From assembly GCA_044439905.1 (NCBI GenBank), contig JBITAC010000048.1, positions 334-64,333 on the forward strand: DNA of 64,000 nt. The letters run 5' to 3'. The notes below the pieces were generated by a model, which saw only the letters and a list, made by a program, of their open reading frames with translations, was not told the DNA's origin and did no database searches. Origin of the DNA: Phycisphaerales bacterium JB063. Lineage in GTDB: Bacteria; Planctomycetota; Phycisphaerae; Phycisphaerales; Phycisphaeraceae. This document shows, in pieces, positions 47,989-57,100 of the stretch (positions are counted from its first letter, which is position 1; each line of letters begins with the position of its first letter). The position numbers were made by a program, and so were the translations under genes.

Positions 47989-49176
47989 TCATTCGGCGTC
48001 CCCGTCAAAAGAGATCACGAAACCGACGTAGCGTTGCTCTTCGCCATCGACAAACACCGCGTGGCCGACGATGTGGCCGGACTCGGAGATGTACCGGCAC
48101 TCGGTCTCGGTCGCGCCGGGGTAGTCGGGGATCGCAATCAAGTCGCCATCGCTTGTACAGACATAGAGAGTGGTCACCTGATCCAAACGATCACCGGGAG
48201 CCGGACGCGTCCGTTGTGTCATCAAAACGTCTCCAGACGCAGACATCTGATAGGCAAAAACCGATCCGCCGTCCGGGCGTGGCAGCGCCGAATAACCCTC
48301 CTCAACGTTCCAGAGGAAGGGCGAATACACATGCAGTGTGCCTCTGGCGTGACGCACGCATCGGAACAGGTTCACCAGCACTACGGAATCATCGTTGATA
48401 TCGAACGCCGACCCGCCATCGAACCCCTCGGGGAACCACAGGTCGATTACATCGTCCGGGGCAAACCAGACCCGGCGGAAGTCCCCTTCGTCGCGGTTGC
48501 AGTAGCCGGCCATCATGCCGTGGTTATTGATCGCGATCGCCTGGACCGTGTCGGTACCGTCCTCGCCAAGGTCGATCAAGCCGGTTTCCCGAGACCACAT
48601 GAAGCCGCGCCACTGCCGATTCGGCGAGTACCAGCCGACGACCACCCCCGCCTCGTTCACATCGCACGGCGCGATCTGGTTGTAGAACGGTGCATCGACC
48701 GGGATCACCTCGCCCTCCGGCCCAAGCAGGTACGCCGCCCCCAGGTGGTTGCTTCCTCTGCCGTTCTCGAAAGTCCGGGCGATTGCCCAGCCCGAGGTCG
48801 TCATATCCCCGACGCCCGACCACGGCTGCCCCGCCCCCGCACCGGCCTCCGGCGATTCCAGGATATCCAGACGCTCCTCCCCCAACCACCAGATCGCCGC
48901 ATCTAGCTCCTCCAATCCGGCCTTAAGTCCGAAGTAATCGCCCGGCACCACCAATCCCCCCTCCCGCACCCCCGGGCGGCCGCGCGGCACAAACCCCTCC
49001 ATCTCCCCATGAAACACAAACCCCGCCGCGGTGTAAACCTCCGCCGCCGTCGCGGCGGGTTGCACCTCGGGACGCGACTCCTGCTCGGGCGCTTCGACAT
49101 CCTGCCCCAACGCGACGGGGACCCAGCCGAGCAGCATCACTACCCACACAAGCAACGCGCGGACATCACGAAACAT
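47989..49176 (-). CDS. Exported protein with HAF-like extracellular (beta-propeller) repeats
   Basis: Signal peptide; repeats PCDVNEAGVVVG, AIAINNHGMMAG, AFDINDDSVVL, ISESGHIVG. Confidence 0.75.
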   Translation of the reverse strand: MFRDVRALLVWVVMLLGWVPVALGQDVEAPEQESRPEVQPAATAAEVYTAAGFVFHGEMEGFVPRGRPGVREGGLVVPGDYFGLKAGLEELDAAIWWLGEERLDILESPEAGAGAGQPWSGVGDMTTSGWAIARTFENGRGSNHLGAAYLLGPEGEVIPVDAPFYNQIAPCDVNEAGVVVGWYSPNRQWRGFMWSRETGLIDLGEDGTDTVQAIAINNHGMMAGYCNRDEGDFRRVWFAPDDVIDLWFPEGFDGGSAFDINDDSVVLVNLFRCVRHARGTLHVYSPFLWNVEEGYSALPRPDGGSVFAYQMSASGDVLMTQRTRPAPGDRLDQVTTLYVCTSDGDLIAIPDYPGATETECRYISESGHIVGHAVFVDGEEQRYVGFVISFDGDAE

Positions 49177-49227
49177 GGGTTCATCCTGGAATGAGAAAAC
49201 GAAGGTCCTTGAAGAAAACGAAGCTGC

Positions 49228-50142
49228 TCACTCAGCCACGACTCCGGCGGGTGGCGCTGTCTCGTCATCCGCCTTGTCGGCCTCCGCAAACAGCGCGACA
49301 GCGTCCTCGACCGAGATCGCCCCGGTTACGATATCCACACGATCATCGCTCCTGCGCACCATGCGTACGATCGTACCGTCCGCCAGGACATATCGAAGCG
49401 ACCGCCGGTCCAGAGGCGTCGGCTCCTGCACGGGTCTCCCCTCGATCTTGTGGTAGGTGCCGACCATGAAGACATGCGCCTCGACTTCCTGCCCCAAGAC
49501 CTCAATGGTCTCCGTGCCCAGGCCGTCCACCAGCCAAACCGTTGCCGATGTCGAAGCACGCATGGCGTCCCCTAGCCCCCGGAAGTAGAAGCGATCGTGA
49601 CCCATGCGGACGTGGTAGGCAAAAACCAGTTCCATCCAAACCAACGGGACCGCCTCAACATTCGGCGAATACTCCGCCACCACCTCCTCCTGAGTTGGCT
49701 GGTCCGGGCCTTGCTTTTCGATGTGGAGAGCCCCCTCATGCACGACGGCACTTTCGGTGGTCACGGCATGGCCAGCAACACGCCGGAACACCGTTTCCTG
49801 GCAAACGCCATCAAACGAAAACGTATCCCGCACCTCGGTATAGATCACGCCCCCTGAGACCGCCTGGCGATAGAACACCCCCCCGTCGTCCTCGTCGACT
49901 AATCTGCGGCGGCAGCAAGACTTCCCATTCGCGCCGGCGTTGTCCATCGCGTAGTCGTATCCCCTGTGCGGCGCATCCTCGATATCGATCAACTCGGTCA
50001 AATGGGTGGGAGTGGATGCATACCCTTCCAGCAACGCGTCTGTTGGATCGTCCGGGGGCAAGGCATCGGGTTGTGCATTGGCCGTACACACCACCTGGCA
50101 GATCAGGGTGACCAAGATCAGTGCAATCGTAGATAGTGACAT
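49228..50142 (-). CDS. Exported hypothetical protein (YAxTPTxL family)
   Basis: Signal peptide; motifs shared with 50197-51132 and 2340-3209. Confidence 0.8.
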   Translation of the reverse strand: MSLSTIALILVTLICQVVCTANAQPDALPPDDPTDALLEGYASTPTHLTELIDIEDAPHRGYDYAMDNAGANGKSCCRRRLVDEDDGGVFYRQAVSGGVIYTEVRDTFSFDGVCQETVFRRVAGHAVTTESAVVHEGALHIEKQGPDQPTQEEVVAEYSPNVEAVPLVWMELVFAYHVRMGHDRFYFRGLGDAMRASTSATVWLVDGLGTETIEVLGQEVEAHVFMVGTYHKIEGRPVQEPTPLDRRSLRYVLADGTIVRMVRRSDDRVDIVTGAISVEDAVALFAEADKADDETAPPAGVVAE

Positions 50143-50196
50143 GCTTGCGTACTTTCTCAACTGATGAAGAAGGAGCTCGCTGTCTGCGACCAAGGT

Positions 50197-51132
50197 CTAC
50201 TCGAACGACTCCACCAGCGCCGCCGCCGCCTCGGCGGTGACGGCGTCGGCCTGCATGGCGAAGCCCTCGCCTTCCATCCGCATCCGGACGATCGTGCCGT
50301 CTTCGAGGACGTGCCAGAGCATCTCTTGCACGGGACGGTTGGCACGGTTGATCGGCAAACCCTCCGGGGGTTCGCCGACCATCTCGACGGTCTGGGTGAT
50401 CATGAGGACGTGGGCCTGGAACGTCTCGCCACCGATCTCGACCGCCTCGGTGCCGACATCCTGCGCACGCATCACGGCGATCATGCGCCAGTCGCCGTCG
50501 TCCAGCCCCTCGCTGAAGCGCATCTCGAAGGCCTCGTGCCCGGCACGGAGCTGGTAGGCGAAAGCTAAAGGCATCCAGCAACTGGGCAACGCATCTTCAA
50601 CCCGGCGGTAGGGGAAGGTCTCTTCGCTCGGCTCGTTGATCGTCCCGGCGGCGGTATAACGGTTGACCACTCGGACTTCGTCGCCGTCGCGGACTGCCTC
50701 TATCGTCGCCACCGAGCCCTGGCGAGCGGTCTCGCTTTGCGCGGAAACGAACTCGCCGTCGGCCGAATACACCTGCTCCTCATGGGCCCGGTAGCCGCCG
50801 GACGCTTCGCGGCCGGTGTAGAACGCAATCCCACCCTCAACGTGCCGGACCCGCCAGTGCAGGACCGTGGGCTCGGGCGCGGGGACGTTCGGGTTGTCGT
50901 TCGTCGCCGTCACGCTAAGGTAAAAGTCCAGATCGACCGTCTCGACCCCGCCCTCCCCCAACAGCTCGGCCAGGTCGGTGGGTGTCGGCGCGTACTCGAC
51001 CTCGGCGGCTTGGTTCGCTTGGGGCGTGGCTTGGACGGACGTGTCTGCCGGCTGGGCGAGGGCCGGGGCGGTGAGCTGCGGCAAGACCACCGCAACGATC
51101 ACGGCGTGACGTATCTTGGGAGCTGGACGCAT
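50197..51132 (-). CDS. Exported hypothetical protein (YAxTPTxL family)
   Basis: Signal peptide; motifs shared with 49228-50142 and 2340-3209. Confidence 0.8.
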   Translation of the reverse strand: MRPAPKIRHAVIVAVVLPQLTAPALAQPADTSVQATPQANQAAEVEYAPTPTDLAELLGEGGVETVDLDFYLSVTATNDNPNVPAPEPTVLHWRVRHVEGGIAFYTGREASGGYRAHEEQVYSADGEFVSAQSETARQGSVATIEAVRDGDEVRVVNRYTAAGTINEPSEETFPYRRVEDALPSCWMPLAFAYQLRAGHEAFEMRFSEGLDDGDWRMIAVMRAQDVGTEAVEIGGETFQAHVLMITQTVEMVGEPPEGLPINRANRPVQEMLWHVLEDGTIVRMRMEGEGFAMQADAVTAEAAAALVESFE

Positions 51133-51193
51133 TGGAGTTTTCCTCGGAGTGAAGTGAAACGAACGATTCATCATATAAGACGTGGTCGACTCG

Positions 51194-54100
51194 CTACGGG
51201 TTCTCAGACGGGCGGCCGTCGGCCCACTGCAGGACTTGCTCGACTACAGCAAGCTTTTCTTCGTCGGTCGCGTGGTTCCAGTCGGCGGGCAACTCGATCG
51301 GGAGGTCGTGCCGGAGGATCACCCATCGAGCGGCCATGAGGCGGGTGCCGGGGTGCAGTGGGCCGGATTCGGAGTCGGCACGATCGCCCATCGCGTAGAG
51401 GAAGGCGGCCGTGAGACGCTCGGTTTGAGCGTCTTCCAGCGGCGTTTCCGCATCCGGGTCGTGTTCCGGGGCGATAGTCGGCGGGTGGGCTCGGGATAGG
51501 TCATAGATCGCCTCGTTGACGATGCGCGGGTCTCGGTGTTCCAACAGGGTACACGCGGGCTCGAAGCTCTCGGGCACGCCGGCGTGGCAAAGCATCCAAA
51601 CGAAAGTGTCGGGGTGGAAGTCGTCGTCCGCACCGCGGCGAGGCCAGTCTTCTAACCCGGCAATCATTTCGATATCGCTGCGCAGTTGTGCGATAACGGC
51701 CGGGACATCCGCCGCGTCGCCGTGCTCCAGCAACGCCCGGCACGCCGCGAGTCGGGCGGCGGGGTGCTCGCTGCCGAGCTGCGCCCGAACCTCTTCAACG
51801 ATGCCGGGCTCCGGAGGGCCTTCGCTGTTGGCGGCCTGCCAGAACAGCGCGACGACGTGGCCGTAGCTCGGCTCGGCCGCCATGCGTTCACGGAAGAAGC
51901 CGACGCAACCGACGCCTTCCAGCTCGATCAGCCGCCTGCCCCGATCGTCGCCCACCGTGCGATGGCCGATGCCGTGCTGCTCGATAGAGGCACGCAGCCA
52001 CTGCGCCTCGGACTCGTTACGGCTGGCCTGCCACCACCGCTCGATGTCTCGAACGACCTGAAGCTGGACATCCACCGGGGCGTTGGAGAAGTAGACGCCC
52101 CGGCTGACGTGTGGCATAAACCTTTGGCCCGCGATGGCGGAGAGGATCTGCTCCGCCGCATCCCGGTAGCGTAGGACGTGGCTGCCGTTGAGCCCGGTGG
52201 AGATGCAACGGATCGGCCGATCGTCGTCGAGCAGCGCGATCAGCGCCGGGACTACGGGCTTGCCGAGGTTGCGCAGGGCGTGGGCGGGGGCATTGGTTTC
52301 TGGGTCAACCCCCACCACCGCGCCGCTCATCACGTTCACCTTCCCAGGCGTCATCACGGGCTGGCCCACAACATCCCGCAGGTGGTAGATGTAGTAATCA
52401 ATCAACTCGTCCTGCGCGAGCGCATCAAGGTCTTCGGGTTCCTCCCACGCATCGTCCTCTTCGGCCATCGCTTCAAGCATGTCAGCCATCCGCAACGCCT
52501 CGGCCTCGGCGGCACGATACGGCGCGGCCAAGTCATGCCGACGCTTGATCCGCTCCTCGAACCACCCGATCGTCAGGCGGAACCGCCGCGCCGCCTCCCG
52601 CCGGTCTTCGCCGTTGTAGAGCGCATCCATCGCCGCCTCATACGCGACGGGCTCTCCCTCGGGGATCGGGAACGGGCTTGGCCCGGGATCATCCAGCGGG
52701 TCGATACGTGACGGATCGACATACTCGTAGAGGCGTTGGTACCCCGCCTCCCTGACCCGGTTGAGCATGTCCTCTCGATGCTCTTCACGCACGGCCTCCT
52801 GAACCTCAAAGACGATCATTGCATCCGTCGGAAACAGGCGTTCATCCCCAAGGTATTGTGATAAGTTCCGATGCGCGCCATGCCCCGGGGCCATCAACCA
52901 GATGGCACGCTCCGCCACCACGTCGTGGGCACGATACGCGGGGTGGATCGTGGGTACCTGCACATCTGGGTTGCCACGCATCGCATTCACCGTCCTAAGC
53001 AGTTCTTGTGGGTTACAAAATGTGATCGACATTAAGCGCCAAGCACCCTCTTTCCACAGCAGATAGAAGGCCGCCCCGCTGCTGCCGGACAACACAACGG
53101 CCTGGTTGTCGATGACATAGGCAAGGTCGAGTGTCACCCGTCCGCGTGCTGGCACGATCCCCTGACGGAACGCTTCCGCGTTCGCAGGCTCGCGCGGACC
53201 TGCAAAATGCGCGGGGATGGCCCAATCGACCTCATCAAGTGTCAGCCGTCGCGCCTCCTCATCCCGCCCGGCCACCACATGGTCGATCCATGTGTACACC
53301 ACCCCCACCGGCCCCGACGGGTCGGCCGCGGGCGGCACCTGGAGATCGCTGCCCTCGGCTTCGGCCTCACGATCGACCTGCGGTGGCTCATCCGCCCGAG
53401 GCGGGAAGTCGAACACGGAAGAGCCGTTGGTCCGAAGATTGATCGTGATCTGCCGGGCCCATCGCGGCTCGCCCCCATCACCTCCAGCGGCCATCATGAA
53501 CAACTCGCCTTCATCATCCCACACGATCGATTGCGGGCTGCCACGGAGCTGGATGCGGCTGCGCGTAATGACCCAGTCGTGGGCGGCGGCCTGTCGGACA
53601 TGTGTCATCCCTCGGCCCGGGATATCAACCAGCACATGATCACCCGGCCCGCCGAGCAAACGGATACCGGCGACCGCCTCACCATCTCGTAACAAAACAA
53701 TGCTCGGCGACCCGCCATCACGCGACGCGGTGACCTGCATCTCCTCGACCTCAATCCGCCCGTTCAGCCGCATCCCCCCGCCTCGCAGCGGCGGGATTTT
53801 CTGAAGGTTCTTGTACCGCTGTGCATCCAGCCAAGGGCGGTTGCGGTGGTCCAAGGCCCCGGCCACAGAGGCGAGCGTCCGCATCTGCATCCCCTCGCGC
53901 ACATTTAGATTGCCGGGGATCGAACCGGTCCACGCCAACCCCCAGCGCTCGCCGTCGTGAAACATGACAAGCAGGGCATAACCATTGAAGACCTCGTTGC
54001 GGAGCAGAACCGAGGCGATGTCGGGCCTCGTATAGACATACTCGAACTGTTCTTCGGGGTCGATCACATCAACACCCAGGAGGTAATCATTCTCTCGGAA

Positions 54101-57100
54101 GTGCCGGATCACTCCAGCGGCCGGAGACTCACCGTGCGCCATAAAATGCCCACGCTCCGGGTTCGCGTGTAGGTAGTGGGCCAATGTATCGGCGTCTTCA
54201 TCTAACACGGCCTGAAGCATCTCGGACACCATCGTGACAACTTCGGCTTGCAGCCGGGCATGCTCCTGCGCGATGACGTCCAGCAGTAAGTCCTGCGCCC
54301 GGCCCGGCGGGCAGAGGTCGATCGGTGAGTAGGGCCCGTCCATCTCTCTCGAATCCGCCCGATGCCACGGGTCCGCGCCGATCGCCAGCAACGCCTCGAT
54401 CGTCGGGGTCGCCTGCGTTTCAAGCTCGGCGAGATGTTCCTCTGTCTTGTTGTGCCGGTAGCGTGCACGGATGTCATATGCCACACGGTGCAGCGGTGCC
54501 CCCCACTCGCCCGCGTCCAGACTCACCCGGTTCGGGTCGGCCCCGAGTTCGCCCAACAACCGGACCATCTCCGGCTCAAGGTTGTCTGCCGCAAGGTGCA
54601 GTGGTGGGAGGTTCTGTACCAAGCCCGGCAGGTCCGGGTCGGCCCCGTGCTCGATCAGCAGCCGGGCGAGGAACAGCCGCTCTTGGGGAGTCGTGTCCCG
54701 GTACCACCAGTGGTTGGGCGACAGCAGTTCGGGCAGCGGACGAAACCCGCGATCGTCCCGCGTATCCGGGTCGAGCCCGCTAGCGGCGATGCGCACCGCC
54801 CGCCGCGCGGCCTGCTCAAGCGTGACCTCGTCCTGCGCCAACGCGCTCACGAGTCGGTGCCAGGCCTCGCGATCAAATTCAGCCGTCTGCTCCGGCTCGG
54901 GGGACTCGGGCACCGCACCTTGGGCATCTTCGGGCGCTACCTGTTCCGGCTCAGGCCCAGGTTCTCGCTCTTCGCCCGGCACGCGGATCTGCATCGGGTT
55001 GCTGACCATACGGACGGCGCGGTGGATGCCGCGTGCGTGGTCGGGCGCAAAGCCGATGGCGATGCGGACCGTGTGCTCGCCGGGGGTCAGGGTCAGCGGG
55101 TCGCCGAGCAGCGCGGGGCCGTAGAGGACCGCCTCGCCGCCGCTGTTCCACGGGGCCGTCGCTTCTTTGTCGAGTTGATCCTCGGCCAGTGCGTACCAGT
55201 GGTCGCCCAGCGTGCGCGACAACGGCAGGGCGTACGGCCGGGGCTGGCTCATCGGATCGATCGGCGAGTATATCGATGCCCGGGACGCCTCGTCATCGGC
55301 CCCCGCGCCTTCGACCGGCGGGGCGTAGATGTACCACCGCCCATCGACCTCCAACTGATAAATCAGCGGGTTCTCGGGGTAGAGATACGGCACCGCCCCG
55401 TCGTGCCGGGCGCGGAGGTTGAACGTGATCGCCGGGCGGGTAGTGCCGTCAGGCTGCTCGACGCGACGGGCGGTGTGGTACCGCACACCGTGCAGGTGCA
55501 GCGAGACACCCTCGACCGGGTCGCCGGGCTGGGTGAAGGGCTGCCGGCCCGGCAGGTGGCGTAGTCGCACGACCCAGCCGTAGCCATCGGCGTCTTCATC
55601 GCGGATCAGTTCGACCACGCCTCGCTTGCCCGCGAGGGTGCGGAAGGCGTGCGGGCCGTTGCGGGTGGTCAAGACCCCCAGCCCGCCGCGCGCCTCCCTG
55701 CCCGCCGCGGCGAAGCCCTGGTCATCCCAGCACGCGGCGACGTCCTCGGCCGTGACCTCGTCGAAGGCCAGCCCTTCCAGCGACACCAGCTCGACATGCC
55801 GGCCGCTGAGTCCGTAGGTACTCGAAAGCGGGTTATCGAACAGGTTGACCCGGCCGTCGGGGCGGCCCTGTGGCCCGATGAGCCAGAAGCCAGCCATGCC
55901 CGCCCCCTCGACGCCCGCCGGGTCCACGTAGTCCCCGGTGTCCAGGTCCAGGAGCTGCGACCGGCTCATGGCCCGCTCGATCAACGGGCCAAGGCCGGAC
56001 TGCTCGTCGGCCGCGCCGGGCAGGACACGCACGGCCAACGGCGGCCCGGTCATCGATCCCTCTTCCGGGCTACGGATCACACTGGTTCGAGGGTTGTATC
56101 GCGGGACTTCGGCAAACAACTCCCTGGGGATACCCAAGTGACCCCCACCGACGTTCGTCAATCGTTCGATGGGGTAGTCGATGGTCATCTCGACCACCGC
56201 GCCGGGCGGCAGGAAGTGGACGCCCGGGCGGTAGCGCACGCGCCCGCCAGGGGGCAGCGAGTGGTCCGAGCCGCTGGTGCGTGGGCCGTGCTCGGCTTCG
56301 TGTTCGTCCGCCATGCGCCCGCCGCGCAGGTAGGTGTAGCGGATGCCGTTGTCGTTCGGCCCATACCCGTGCACGGTGCTATAGCTGGTGCCCTGCCGGG
56401 CCGATCCCGGGTCGCCTGCGCCAATCGCTTCGATCAACGCCTGATGCACCGCCTCGCGCGACAACCGACCGAGCTGCCAGTATGCCTGCCACACGATGCT
56501 CTGCCCCGACACGTTGCGCACCTGCACCGTCAGCGGCACCGTCTCCTGGCCGGGGTGGATCACGACTTCGCCCCGCTTCCACCGGCACATCAGCCCGTCC
56601 ACCGGCAGCCCCCAGCCCAGCGCGGCGCGATCGAGGTTGTCTTGCTCCTCCCGCTCGAACAGCTCACGCGGGCGGACGACGACCTTGTCGCCGGGCCGCA
56701 GCGCGATCTGCCAATCCCCTGCGACACCGCGCCCCAGCTCGGCACCGTACAAGACCTGGAGGTCGGTCAGGCGTTCGGGTTCATCTCCGTTTACCCCCTC
56801 GCCCAACGCCCCGCCACGGACAAGATCGATGCGGTGGTACGGCAACTGGTTCAGGTCAAACCCCGCGCCGACCAGCAAGCTCTTGAGCGTCGGCATCAGC
56901 GCGTTACGGCTGCGGACGTGGTACACCCCGAAACGCGGCGGCGTGTTGCCGTGCATCGCGGCGCTGCCCGACAACTCAACGACCCCCAGCTCGGTGGGAA
57001 GACCCTCGGCCCCGCGCATCTCGGTGATGATCACCTCGCTGTTGGCATGGATATCCAGCTCGTACCGCAGCGCATCCGGCGGCGCTTCGCGTTCCGCGGG

